Of a stretch of DNA of 64,000 nt, positions 51,553-60,599 are shown piece after piece. The translations under genes and the position numbers were made by a program. The number at the start of each line of letters is the position of its first letter. The first letter of the stretch is position 1. The notes below the pieces were generated by a model that searched no databases, was not told where the DNA came from, and was given only the letters and a program-made list of their open reading frames with translations. Where the stretch lies: contig NC_043004.1 in NCBI RefSeq assembly GCF_006345805.1, positions 101,308,001 to 101,372,000 of the forward strand, written 5' to 3'. This DNA comes from Octopus sinensis (Eukaryota).

Positions 51553-54500
51553 AAGAGAGAGATCGAGAGCTATAGATGTGTGTGTATTTAATAAAGATGC
51601 CAATGTTTTAAATAGAAGCAATTCAATACATAAGGTTTTTATTTTATTTATGTATATTAATTTTATTGTTCTCTTTGCTGCTTTATTTTAAGTTCATATT
51701 TAGTATTACAAAAAGGATAAGACTATCTTATTTATTGCATCATACTCGTGAATATAAAATCTGCATAACTTTTACAGGTGTGCATTACAAGTATAAATTC
51801 ATATGTACAAAACATAAATGCTAATATGAGCACATTTATAAATATATGCACTTATATATGTAGGAAAACAGACACCTGCTCACACACACACACATGAATA
51901 TATATGTGCTTCCTCCCCCTCATTAGTTTGATAGATTTATATTAACATACCTGTATGCAACATTATCACCTGCTTTTCATGATGGAGTAGGTTGGACATA
52001 CTTTATATAGCATACTAGCAGTATCGCCCGGCATTGCTCGGGTTTGTAAGGGAAATAACTATATAAGCATTCTTAGAGATTTATAGCAAAAAAATAGCAA
52101 AAAAATGCATTAAAAATGGGAAAAAAATGATGGTAAATTTTTTTTTTAAATCGTCGACTCATCGTAGACATTTTTAGAGAGTTACTTCCCTTATATAATA
52201 GCGAAAAAATGCATTAAAATAGAAAAAAATGATGGTAAATTATTTTTAAAATCGTAGACTCATCGTAGATGCGCGCTAATACCCAGAAGGGCTCGATATG
52301 AATCACGACTATAAGATACCCAGTTTTGGTTAAACTGCACCGCAAAATGTGGGAGTAGTTAGGAATCTAAATCGTAGGAGACAGACACACAACTTGACTT
52401 TTATAAAGATATGGACCTTGACTGCAGAGTTTGTGAAGGTGAGAAAGAAATGAGGTGAGCATGCTTCACTGGATGTGTAATGTTAGTGCACGGATGACAC
52501 ACTGTGGCATATGATAGGAATCGAATGTGATTTGCAAGAGAGAAGACTGTGTTAGTGCAGCACCATGATAGATTCTCTGGAGGGACATGGTGGCTATTTT
52601 TGTGTTTCTAGTAATGAAGAGTTAAGGCTTCTGGAAGTTTGTGACAGAAAAGAATTAATCATCTGCCATTGAAGCTTCATCTTCCAGTCAAGCAAACTCG
52701 TAAACCAGTTAGGGTTCATTCTACCAGGATGTGGGATAGGTTGATCGTCCTAAGTACTTAAGTTTTCTCCCAGCGAAGAATGTACCAGCCATCATAGTTT
52801 ATTGATTAGCATCTTCAAATGAATGACAGACTGAGAGACAAAAAAGCATTATGGACAAGGAGTGGGAGTGGCTGTGTGGTAAGTAGCTTGCTTACCAACC
52901 ACATGGTTCCGGGTTCAGTCCCACTGCGTGGCATCTTGGGCAAGTGTTTTCTGCTATAGCCCCGGGCCGACCAATGCCTTGTGAGTGGATTTGGTAGACG
53001 GAAACTGAAAGAAGCCTGTCGTATATATGTGTATATAAATATATGTGTTTGTGTGTCTGTGTTTGTCCCTCTAGCATTGCTTGACAACCGATGCTGGTGT
53101 GTTTACGTCCCCGTCACTTAGCGGTTCGGCAAAAAGAGACCGATAGAATAAGTACTGGGCTTACAAAGAATAAGTCCCGGGGTTGATTTGCTCAACTAAA
53201 GGCAGTGCTCCAGCATGGCCACAGTCAAATGACTGAAACAAGTAAAAGAGTAAGGAAGGTGTGGAGACTGAGGCATCTCTCTGCTCAATACAAGTTCAGA
53301 GCAATTCTAGATAACAAAACAGAGGAGGAGATCGAAACCTATAAAATAGAGGACAAATATGGGTTTCTGTGAGATGACTTGCTAGAAACTACATTCTAGG
53401 TCTGTGGCTTGAACAATGTGTTGTTCTGATGTCAGGTAACATAGTTGTGGAATGGTACTATAGATAGAGCCATAAAAGACAGGAAGAAAGGAAGCAGCAA
53501 GGGAAAATTGGTCAGACAACAAGTTTATACAGCATGGAGAGAAGCAGAAAGTAGAAGCTTTGCCAAAGTTGTGATGAGATTATCAGAGATGTGAAGGGTT
53601 CAAGGTTATGAAGCTGTATTTCAGAGTAAATCAACACACTTGTAGGGAAAGATGTGTTAAAAATGGTATCAGTACACTTAACTTTATTAACAGAGAAGGA
53701 AAAGGCTTGGAAATGTTATTCAAGAGGTTGCTGATTGGGGGAAATGGGTAGATGAGGAAGAGGAACTAACCTAAGCATACCCAAAAGAGGGATCAGCTAT
53801 TGAAGTAGATGTATGTTCAGAATGGCATTAATGATAAGATGAAGAAAGCATCAGGTCTATCAGGCACCATTACTGAGATCTGGTGAGAAAGAACTCAGGC
53901 TAATCATTCATGTAGTAAACTAAGTAATACAGGGAGGTGTCAGAAGCAGTGACTTGTGAAAAAGTATTACCACCAGCTGCTACAAGAATAAAGGAAATAC
54001 TTTATTAGAGGAATTAAGCTCAAACTCTCTCACCACGCCAAGGTAGTACCAGGATGTCCTCCTCAACCTCGCCACCGATGAGCGACGAGTGTACTCACGC
54101 CATCCCGATTGGCGAGGCTTGTAGAGTTGGCCAAGCCTTAAGAGAGGGGTCATTCCGAAAAGCTCTATCTGCGACGATTTCATCTCAATCGAAGGAGAGG
54201 GGCTTTCTCCGTCCGGGTTGCGGATCCGTGGAACAAGCTGCCAGATGAGATGGTGAAGATGCCGACGACCGCTTTGTTCAAAGTCTCCCTTGACCTCAAG
54301 TGGCCTGAGCTCTTTACATGAACACCACCCTGTACATAACTCCATGTCCCCCTACATGGCCTTGCTTTTTGAGCCAAAAATTAACTAACTAACTAAACTG
54401 ATGAACCAAGTTATAAAATTGACTGTGTTAACACAATTGATTAGGAAGAGAATCAGCTGAGATGAGATGCACTTCAGATTTGTGCCAAGTCTGGCTGATG

Positions 54501-57500
54501 TTCAGAAGTAGTTAGCAGTTAAGAGCACTAGTAAAATAATTTCATTTTCTCTGTACTTAGGAAGCTCCTTAGAAGTAGTTGATAGTTTGGCCTAATTGGC
54601 TGTTAATTAGAAATGAACTGCATAGTAAAAATATCCCTGCTTATAACAGGGGATTAAAAAATTTTTTTTTTTCCTTTAAGCAAAAGGATGAATTGTATGA
54701 TATTTGGGGACAGAGTATAAATGCTGAATGTTAGTGAAATATGAGGATTGAATGTAAAGGTTGTGTAAAGACTGGAAAGAAACAAGGCAAGCGTGTTCCA
54801 CTAAGTGTGTCGTGCCTATGAGCATGGATGACATAGTACAGATGTAGGACACAATAGAGATGACACATAGGTATAGATCTGAGATGGACATAGATGATAG
54901 CAATTGGGTAAGGAAGTGCAGAAGAGGAAGACCAAGAAGACATAGGTAACGGTGGTGAAAGTTGATTGCAACAAGAAGAAAGTCACTGCCATGGAAAGGA
55001 CTTGAACAAACATATGCATGGGGAAAAGTAGATGTTAAAATAAAGATGATGCTGATTATGATAATACACACACACGTGTAGTGGGTTCTTTCATTGGCCT
55101 TAATGCATGAAGGTCCAATAGCCTAGCTGTTAGTCTATCTACATGGTTACAGATAAGTTCGCTGTGAAGAACATTCACCATGAATAAAGTTCACCGTGAG
55201 GTAAGTTTACCGAGAAAATGTATCCATAGTATCTTACCATTAATAGTTACAAACTATTTTATTGAAAAAAAAAAGACAGTGAGTTGATGATGGTGAACTT
55301 ACCGGACATGACATACACAGACAATTTGTTTTCAGTGGTGAAGGCTTGTGGAGGAACAGCCACACTTTCTGGAAATGCTGACTACAGAAAGTTAGAGTAA
55401 ATTTTCGAACAATATACCTCAGGCTTTTCTGTTAGAGTTCTCCATCTTCTGGCTTAGTTACCTCCACCACAGCTTAGAATCCAACCCACCCTGGTAGGTT
55501 AAATGTGCCCCTGGGTACTAAACGAGAAATTTATAAGTCCTGTGACATTTATGAAAAAGAATCATGTTCTTGGATGGCCATTGTCCCTTACCTTTGGCAA
55601 GCCTTGTTTTTCACCTCACACACACACGCACACATACACATACAGAAAGATAGATCAGATGTAGTGTGCTAGAAAGAAGACTGAACTTGTTGAACATGTG
55701 ATGCATATGGATGAGGACAAACTGTGTGAAGAAGTGCTTCTCATGTAGATGGACCTTGTGAAAAAAAAAAGAAAACCTGGGAAACCTTGGGACAAGGTGG
55801 TGACCTCAGAATCTTTAACCTCTCGGACTGGATAACAAAAGACTGGGATGACAGGCAATATGTGGTTCTGTAGACACACTCATTTCAGAGAAACTGAGAT
55901 TCTTGAAGCACAGTGTGTGCATATTACTCTTTTACTTGTTTCAGTCATTTGACTGCGGCCATGCTGGAGCACCACCTTTAGTCGAGCAACTTGACCCCAG
56001 GACTTATTCTTTGTAAGCCTAGTACTTATTCTATCGGTCTCTTTTGCCAAACTGCTAAGTGACGGGAACATAAACACACCAGCATCGGTTGTCAAGCAAT
56101 GCTAGGGGGACAAACACAGACACACAAACACATACATATATATATATATACATATATACGACGGGCTTCTTTCAGTTTCCATCTACCAAATCCACTCACA
56201 AGGCTTTGGTCGGCCCGAGGCTATAGTAGAAGACACTTGCCCATGGAGCCACGCAGTGGGACTGAACCCAGAACCATGTGGTTGGTAAGCAAGCTACTTA
56301 CCACACATCCACTCATGCACCTAATATATATATATTTAGAAGTTTGTTTGTTGTGGTTCAGCGAGTGACCATTGGTTTTGCACCTACAAAGTGCTTAGCT
56401 CCATAGGTGGCTTATTAGATTCAAATGGCCAGAGGCACATAACCTCTCCACAATTGGAGGGAGGAAACGTCATGGTCAGTTAATTTTGTAAGCAAAAAAT
56501 TCCTGGAATGAAACTTTATTGATAGTCCTGGACGATGTGGAGTTATCTCCCTTACATCGGTTACAGCTAAGTTGACAGTGTTTCTTTAGTTGGGGAACAG
56601 TTGTTCCCCCTTCTCACCTAATTTACTCTTCAAGACATTACCCAATATCCATCATTTACACTATTCTGCTGCTGTAATTAACTGTGAAGAGAACTGCCTA
56701 CTTCGGCTTTTTTCTGATACCATTTACCCTCACCCCCCACCGTCTTTGTACCCAGAACCATTTCATAATACCTATTTCTTTACTACCCACAAGGGGCTAA
56801 ACACAGAGGGGACAAACAAGGACAGACATAGGTATTAAGTCGATTACATCGACCCCAGTGCGTGACTGGTACTTAATTTATTGACCCCGAAAGGATGAAA
56901 GGCAAAGTCGACCTCGCCAGAATTTGAACTCACAACGTAACGGCAGACGAAATACTGTTAAGCATTTCGCTCGACGTGCTAACGTTTCTGCCAGCTCGCC
57001 GACATTTCATAATACTGTCCTCTCCTCCCACCCCACGTTCTACATTGACCGACTTCCCTAACCCCCAACTTTTCTATTCTCCACCACCACTATCTATCCT
57101 CCCCCCCCCATTCACTATGTCTGCTCCACACTTGTACAATCTACCCCCATCACATCATTTCCTTCCCTCTTTTTCATCCATCCTCTCTCTTTCTTCCCCT
57201 GTCTACTGCATATTCTGCTGCTCTTCACCCTACCTACCCTTTTTTTTTTTGCACTCTCATTCATCTCCTCTCCCCTACTGCCCACCAGCTTGTATATCAT
57301 TGTTGGCTCCTCAACCCTTCAGTTCTCACCTACTCTCCCCTACCTCTCCTGCTTATCATTTATTCACATCTATAATATTCACCCTCTCACCCATCCCCTA
57401 TCTCTAATCATCTCTCACTCTTCCATATATATACCCACCCACACACTTCCTGCTCTCCTATCCTCACTTCTGCTCATCTGGTATCTTGTAGGTCCACCCT

Positions 57501-58855
57501 GACACCTCATCACTTCTATTTTTATCCCTTTCCAGTTCCAAGCTGATCACACACATATACTCCCTTCTCTAATATAAGTAGCTGTGTAGCTCCCCTGCAG
57601 CAAGAGACCTGTTATATTGTGTGCCCTCTCTCTCTCTTTAGTCCCTCATCTCATAGTATGAAGCCACCACCTTCTCTACTGTAGCCTCCCTTAGTCAAAG
57701 TAGATCTTAATCTTGCAGGCTGCATAATGACCTTACTAGGGTCACTGCCATGGAAGAAAAAAAAGCACCCAGTGCATGCTGTAAAATGGTTGATGTTAGG
57801 AAGGACCTCTAGCCATAGAAACCATCCTAAAGTAAACATAGGGACAGAATGCAGTCCTAACTCATTAGACCCTGTTGAACTGTTCAACCCATTCTAGCAT
57901 GGAAGTCTGACATTAAATGATGACGATTATGTATGTATTTATGTGTGTGTGTGCGTGCCAGAGATAACTTTATAATTGTAGTTCTTGCTTTGTACGCTGA
58001 TGATTGCAACCTTGTGGCTCACTCAGACAATGTTGTTCATGAAATAATGCACCACTCCTTTCATGCTTGTTTTGTTTTTATTCTTACAATAAGTCTGAAG
58101 TAGATGTGAAAACTTGTCCTAGTTGAGCCATATGTTAAGCTGAATATATTTGTCCAAAGGATCAGATTTATGTGGTGCATTATTTTTGTGTGTGTGTACC
58201 TTGGCAGTCCTGCTTCTAGGGATGGATCCCTAGGTTCTGAGATCAGTAAAAGCATTGGGACAGCTTCTTTTGATTTTGGGACACTGCAGAAATAAGTGTT
58301 AGATGCAAAGCTTGGTAGAAAAACTTCAAGTCCATCTGACTAGATAGATCCCTTCTGCACTCATCTGAGAAATGGACTCTAGGATAAATTTGTTGGGCAA
58401 GGAGGTACTCTCTTTTGTAATGCAACCCTTGTTCAGTCTAGTGTTTCCTTTTGGTTGGCAACATTAGCAAAGGGTAAATTTAAGACATATTAAACATAAG
58501 CTGGCACTCTTCTACACTTGACACAGAAGTGCTGCACACTGTGCAGTGACTCAGTATGGAAGCTTGCCTCTGTCAAGTATCGTATATGATAGGTTGATCA
58601 TATTGTCTGTCTTGAGGATTTCTGACTTCCAAAGCAATTACTTCATGGTGAATTAGTTCTCAGTAAGCATCTGCAATGTAGAGGTGCTTGGCTTGGTGGT
58701 TAGGATGTTGGACTCATGATTGTAAGATGCTAGTTTTAATTCCTGAACTGGGTTGTGTGTTGTGCCCTTGGAAAAAAAACACTTCATGTTGCTCCAGTTC
58801 ACTCAGCTGAATAAAAGGAGTAATCCTGCAACAAACCAGCATTCCAACCAGGGAG

Positions 58856-58904
<49 letters not shown>

Positions 58905-60180
58905 TGCACACCAGACAAACTTGGAAACCAGCCCTCTACTCTTCACGGAGTAATGTGGACTAACTTAACCATCTACATTACAAACTAAGAAAGAGATCTT
59001 ATGATGTTACAAAGGACAGCATTATGTTCTTGATAGAATCACTGTTAATAGGGAACATCTCATACTGAAAGATGGTCTATAACTAACAGCAGTTTGAGGG
59101 AAAACCAAATAGCTTATCAAACACTGAAACAGTATCCATTAAGTTCCGGAGTCAGACTGTTGAAGTTCTCTATGGTAAAGGGTCCAGATATGATCTTGTA
59201 CAATTTGTGGAAGGGCTGTCTTAGCATCATTTTAGGTCCCTGGGAAAATGAATGCACTGGCCTCTATAGGTATTATTTATTGATGGCATCCCACAGCATA
59301 CATAGATAGAACTGGGTCCCTAGACTGGTGAAGCCTCCAGGCAACTGCCTGGTTTGCCAATGCCTTAAGGTGGTCCTAGTCTGTGGACTGACCATATCAC
59401 ACTTTGAAAAGCTGGTCTTGTCATCTATGAAATGTTAACCAGCTGAGAATTTTTTTTTTTGTTCATTATGTATAAAGGTGTGCACATCAATTTCTGGTTT
59501 AGAAATCCATTTTGGATGAAGGTACAAGGATGGATTAGCTGTTTGATGTGTTTCTTGACAAATTTCTTTTACAAAAATTGGAAAATAATAATAGTGTACA
59601 ACAAAATCCAGACCGCATAGTCATTTGAAAGTGCATGGCAGAAAAACTGTCAAACATGTTGCAACAATTATGTCTGCAATGAGAAAGTGGTTATGTCTCA
59701 TAAAGTTGTATTGACCACTTTTGTTTCATTTTTATTTCATAATACATACATACACTTACACATACATACAGACATACATACATACAAATATGCATTCGTG
59801 TAGAGATATGACTAACTAACACACAGCTGTTTTAGTAACATGTATTCGTGGTGCATATATTTATATACATAGACACATACACGCATACACCCATATATAA
59901 CCTTTGTACCTTAGTTTCATTTTAGATGATATGATGTAGCTTTTAGGTTTCTTTTATTTTATTTCACTTTTGTTTGGGTTATTTTCTTTTTTTTTTTCAC
60001 ACATTATCATGTTTTTGTTTCATTGTTGATGTGTATTGTCTCCCCTTGTTTGGCCTGCGTGAAATTCTAATGGCAACTTCCTTCTTTCCCTCCGTACGGC
60101 TGCAGTGGACACCTGAGCACAAGCAGTGACCTTGCTCTGTGCGGTTCTCAATCCAAACTCTCCTATCTGGCAGATATTCC
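6093..60180 (+). CDS. ADGRL-like: Latrophilin-type adhesion GPCR, partial multi-exon gene (Ig, Thr/Ser stalk, HormR, GAIN/GPS, TM1-5, ICL3); 5' and 3' ends not found in window
   Basis: Manual splice: join(6093-6173,7435-7626,8964-9344,11244-11341,12762-12944,15012-15195,16572-16703,18060-18427,18882-18928,19754-19880,22627-22730,37921-38023,45209-45359,47514-47580,48150-48216,48735-48829,60106-60180). All introns GT-AG with matching phases and no stop. Latrophilin-like motifs: [52 protein letters not shown]. Confidence 0.92.
6403..6998. mobile_element. piggyBac-like MITE interrupted by family B insertions
   Basis: 6403-6437 and 6833-6998 align collinearly with the MITE at 12957-13172. Confidence 0.65.
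6437..6832 (-). mobile_element. Family B element with about 4 internal monomers
   Basis: Same core as 3107-3400; gtgc/tttttac.tgccacc motif recurs about every 63-68 nt. Confidence 0.85.
6997..7202 (-). mobile_element. Family B element, short copy
   Basis: catcatcatttagcgtccgctttccatgctagcatggg core with one monomer. Confidence 0.85.
7435..7626 (+). CDS. ADGRL-like: Exon B: rest of Ig I-set domain ([21 protein letters not shown]...[21 protein letters not shown]...ITLNIT)
   Basis: ttcttccttag acceptor, t|gtaagt donor, 192 nt, phase 1-1. C-strand Trp (IKWSK) and DxGxYxC motif. Confidence 0.93.
8964..9344 (+). CDS. ADGRL-like: Exon C: Thr/Ser/Pro mucin-like stalk and first half of HormR domain ([26 protein letters not shown])
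   Basis: ttttcttttccag acceptor, g|gtgagc donor, 381 nt, stop-free, phase 1-1. Missing from the ORF track because it has no start codon. Confidence 0.92.
9365..9790 (-). mobile_element. tRNA-derived SINE, family A
   Basis: Near-identical to 12324-12711, 15272-15675 and 55924-56318, and reverse complement of 52864-53252. Internal (TA)n tract. Confidence 0.9.
9942..10253. mobile_element. Fold-back MITE-like element with about 95-bp inverted arms
   Basis: 9949-10042 is the reverse complement of 10101-10195 with few mismatches. Confidence 0.8.
11244..11341 (+). CDS. ADGRL-like: Exon D: second half of HormR ([33 protein letters not shown])
   Basis: tttctcatag acceptor, gtacgt donor, 98 nt, phase 1-0. 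Completes the four-Cys HormR pattern. Confidence 0.93.
11520..11892 (+). mobile_element. tRNA-derived SINE, family D, with 8-bp TSD
   Basis: A-box-like GGCCCAGTGG, B-box-like GGTTTCGATTCC. ACTAACAT repeated at 11512-11519 and 11893-11900. Highly similar to 19953-20345. Confidence 0.9.
12324..12711 (-). mobile_element. tRNA-derived SINE, family A
   Basis: Collinear with 9365-9790. Confidence 0.9.
12762..12944 (+). CDS. ADGRL-like: Exon E: GAIN subdomain A ([31 protein letters not shown]...VTNFTE)
   Basis: tttttag acceptor, gag|gtaatt donor, 183 nt, phase 0-0. LxSGDI motif typical of latrophilin GAIN. Confidence 0.9.
12957..13172. mobile_element. piggyBac-like MITE
   Basis: Ends aatgcttaaGGG|TTAA; left end ttaa-cattcag is a partly deleted mirror. 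Body matches 6403-6998. Confidence 0.6.
13419..13645 (+). mobile_element. tRNA-derived SINE, family C, with 11-bp TSD
   Basis: ggcgagctggcagaa head, GAGTTCAAATTCC B-box, gtcgacttt..ctttcatcctttcggggtcgat core. TATATTAGCCT at 13408-13418 and 13646-13656. Confidence 0.9.
13990..14260 (+). mobile_element. Degenerate RTE-like LINE 3' fragment
   Basis: [26 protein letters not shown] resembles the RTE ORF C-terminus (GRPxxxW..LxxMGxxW..R.xW). Confidence 0.4.
15012..15195 (+). CDS. ADGRL-like: Exon F: GAIN subdomain A ([33 protein letters not shown]...IATDNI)
   Basis: tctacag acceptor, g|gtaagc donor, 184 nt, phase 0-1. Conserved W and AT.L pattern, ending in DNI. Confidence 0.92.
15272..15675 (-). 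mobile_element. tRNA-derived SINE, family A
   Basis: Collinear with 9365-9790. Confidence 0.9.
15960..16312 (-). mobile_element. Family B element with three near-identical 63-bp monomers
   Basis: gccaccgacacaggtg starts at 16135, 16198 and 16261. Confidence 0.9.
16572..16703 (+). CDS. ADGRL-like: Exon G: GAIN subdomain B ([21 protein letters not shown]...[16 protein letters not shown])
   Basis: ttcttgcag acceptor, g|gtaagt donor, 132 nt, phase 1-1. Confidence 0.9.
18060..18427 (+). CDS. ADGRL-like: Exon H: GAIN subdomain B with long acidic insertion ([17 protein letters not shown]...[11 protein letters not shown]...[13 protein letters not shown])
   Basis: Poly-T + gcag acceptor, gtg|gtaagc donor, 368 nt, phase 1-0. 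YKNL, INxRILS and PVVFxLKH motifs. Confidence 0.93.
18882..18928 (+). CDS. ADGRL-like: Exon I: start of GPS motif ([15 protein letters not shown])
   Basis: ttcttttctag acceptor, gt|gtaagt donor, 47 nt, phase 0-2. CVFWN motif. Confidence 0.93.
18945..19213 (-). mobile_element. CR1-type LINE 3' fragment (family 2)
   Basis: Reverse complement of 45750-46020, including the (ATT)n-like tail. A shorter copy lies at 3402-3500. Confidence 0.8.
19343..19504. mobile_element. Tc1/mariner-like MITE
   Basis: 29-bp perfect inverted repeat gaaagttgaactgaaattcgggcaactaa (19345-19373 / 19474-19502), flanked by TA; right end is CTG|TA. Confidence 0.75.
19754..19880 (+). CDS. ADGRL-like: Exon J: GPS autoproteolysis site and tethered agonist ([29 protein letters not shown]|[13 protein letters not shown])
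   Basis: cttcgacag acceptor, aag|gtgaca donor, 127 nt, phase 2-0. H-L|T triad at 19836-19844. Confidence 0.96.
19953..20345 (+). mobile_element. tRNA-derived SINE, family D, full length with 13-bp TSD
   Basis: ATTCTGACTTTAG at 19940-19952 and 20346-20358; A/B boxes; ttccattccatcc tail. Confidence 0.92.
20595..21035 (+). mobile_element. Two tandem older family C SINEs
   Basis: The gctggcagaattgttagca..gttcaaatt..caactttgc.tttcatcc..aagtaccag core occurs twice. Confidence 0.75.
21449..21849 (+). mobile_element. Non-autonomous Helitron-like element (Lep1/HINE-type ends)
   Basis: 5' ACTAGCAGTATCGCCCGGCGTTGCTCGGG, 3' acagacacacaacttcacttttatata..agat, no TSD seen. Copies at 24321-24721 and 52014-52410. 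Confidence 0.65.
22275..22499 (+). mobile_element. Family C SINE
   Basis: Collinear with 13419-13645. Confidence 0.88.
22627..22730 (+). CDS. ADGRL-like: Exon K: TM1 ([34 protein letters not shown])
   Basis: Long pyrimidine tract + ccag acceptor, ag|gtaagt donor, 104 nt, phase 0-2. Confidence 0.95.
24321..24721 (+). mobile_element. Helitron-like element, variant copy
   Basis: Same termini as 21449-21849 with a different proximal internal segment. Confidence 0.65.
25700..26660. repeat. Compound (TA/TG)n microsatellite field with higher-order duplications
   Basis: About 1 kb of alternating purine-pyrimidine sequence; blocks such as gcatatatatatatgtatgtatataaatgtatatacatacatg recur. Confidence 0.9.
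27503..27930 (-). mobile_element. CR1-type LINE 3' fragment (family 1)
   Basis: [51 protein letters not shown], three in-frame stops, (AACTT)n-like tail. Confidence 0.92.
30533..30744. mobile_element. piggyBac-like MITE
   Basis: TTAA at 30529-30532 and 30745-30748; ends ccattttgttat / gtaacgaaaggg are imperfect inverted repeats. Confidence 0.65.
33262..33760 (-). mobile_element. RTE/RTEX-type LINE 3' fragment
   Basis: Minus strand ends [31 protein letters not shown] followed by a (TGA)n tail. Confidence 0.7.
33845..34212 (-). mobile_element. Family A SINE, diverged
   Basis: Collinear with 9365-9790 at lower identity. Confidence 0.75.
34592..34850 (-). mobile_element. RTE-type LINE 3' end
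   Basis: Minus strand reads ..[24 protein letters not shown].. plus a 3' UTR ending gcggatgttaaacaatgatgatg. Confidence 0.6.
34883..35464. mobile_element. Head-to-head pair of family B elements
   Basis: Left copy begins with (CAT)n and right copy ends with (ATG)n. Symmetry centre near 35160. Confidence 0.85.
36090..36290 (+). mobile_element. Degenerate RTE LINE 3' fragment
   Basis: [23 protein letters not shown] resembles the RTE C-terminal GxRxRGRP..W.D.I..A.DR pattern. Confidence 0.5.
36365..36978. mobile_element. 614-bp fold-back DNA transposon derivative with 8-bp TSD
   Basis: Ends agatctcttccttttgaacggcaga / tctgccgttcaaaaggaaaagatcc. GAATCTGC at 36357-36364 and 36979-36986. Arms are complementary along most of the length. 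Confidence 0.85.
37921..38023 (+). CDS. ADGRL-like: Exon L: ICL1 and TM2 ([34 protein letters not shown])
   Basis: ctctctgtctgcag acceptor, aaa|gtaagt donor, 103 nt, phase 2-0. Confidence 0.95.
39810..40039. repeat. 115-bp direct tandem duplication
   Basis: 39810-39924 vs 39925-40039, two mismatches. Confidence 0.95.
43143..43708 (+). mobile_element. Internally deleted mariner transposon (566 bp)
   Basis: TIRs ttgggttgtccagaaagtctgtgccgattt / aaattggcacaaactttccggacaacccaa, TA TSD. N-terminal [10 protein letters not shown] is joined to C-terminal [35 protein letters not shown]. Confidence 0.95.
45209..45359 (+). CDS. ADGRL-like: Exon M: TM3, ICL2 and start of TM4 ([50 protein letters not shown])
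   Basis: acttccag acceptor, g|gtaggt donor, 151 nt, phase 0-1. Confidence 0.96.
45670..46020 (+). mobile_element. CR1-type LINE 3' fragment (family 2)
   Basis: [34 protein letters not shown], then 3' UTR and (ATT)n tail. Confidence 0.85.
47514..47580 (+). CDS. ADGRL-like: Exon N: TM4 and ECL2 ([22 protein letters not shown])
   Basis: ttgttcttcag acceptor, ca|gttagt donor, 67 nt, phase 1-2. Confidence 0.93.
48150..48216 (+). CDS. ADGRL-like: Exon O: ECL2 and TM5 ([23 protein letters not shown])
   Basis: ctattgcag acceptor, ctt|gtaagt donor, 67 nt, phase 2-0. CWL motif. Confidence 0.95.
48735..48829 (+). CDS. ADGRL-like: Exon P: end of TM5 and ICL3 ([31 protein letters not shown])
   Basis: gtcttccag acceptor, aa|gtaagt donor, 95 nt, phase 0-2. 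Confidence 0.93.
51335..51530. repeat. Near-perfect palindrome, 95-bp arms with 6-nt loop
   Basis: 51335-51429 pairs with 51436-51530; one mismatch (C51411/A51454). Confidence 0.95.
52014..52410 (+). mobile_element. Helitron-like element
   Basis: Near-identical to 21449-21849. Confidence 0.65.
52864..53252 (+). mobile_element. tRNA-derived SINE, family A
   Basis: A-box-like TGGCTGTGTGG and B-box-like GGTTCAGTCCC; collinear with the other family A copies. Confidence 0.9.
53560..55875 (+). mobile_element. Cluster of degenerate RTE LINE fragments (53560-53950, 54740-55065, 55655-55875), with a CR1 copy in between
   Basis: Motif remnants [44 protein letters not shown] similar remnant ([15 protein letters not shown]) is at 52430-52560. 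Confidence 0.5.
54146..54400 (+). mobile_element. CR1-type LINE 3' fragment (family 1)
   Basis: [57 protein letters not shown], the same 3' UTR as 27503-27930, and an (AACT)n tail. Confidence 0.9.
55924..56318 (-). mobile_element. Family A SINE
   Basis: Collinear with 15272-15675. Confidence 0.9.
56772..57002 (-). mobile_element. Family C SINE with 13-bp TSD
   Basis: Reverse complement of 13419-13645. CATTTCATAATAC at 56759-56771 and 57003-57015. Confidence 0.9.
60106..60180 (+). CDS. ADGRL-like: Exon Q: candidate ICL3 cassette exon ([26 protein letters not shown])
   Basis: Branch-point-like TTCTAAT at 60065-60071, pyrimidine tract, ctgcag acceptor, cc|gtaaga donor. 75 nt, phase 2-2, stop-free in the required frame. 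No AG between 59947 and 60103. Confidence 0.7.
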
Positions 60181-60462
60181 GTAAGACATTCAGTTGCATG
60201 TTCTAAATGTAACCTGTCTACCTGTGCAAATCAAAAAAAAAAAAAAAGAAAAAATAAGAAAAGAAAAATAGTATATGTGTGTGCAAATGTGAATATGTAT
60301 ATATATATATATGTATGCTTGAATATACGTATGCGTTTATATACACACACAATTTTATGTATCTTGGTGTAGTATGTGTTGATGTTTGTGTGTGGATTAT
60401 ATGTATGTAATTTGAAGTGGTCTAAATGTATGCCTGCTGTTTATGTGTGTGTGTATGTATGC

Positions 60463-60509
<47 letters not shown>

Positions 60510-60599
60510 TATACACATTTAAGTATGTATGCTTATGTGTGTGTGTGTGCGTGTTTATATAAGTTGATGTGCGTATGTATTTATAAGTATATGTGTATG

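Noticed and set aside
58990-59400. Possible CR1/L2-like remnant ([12 protein letters not shown])
   Set aside because: Similarity is too weak to call without an alignment.
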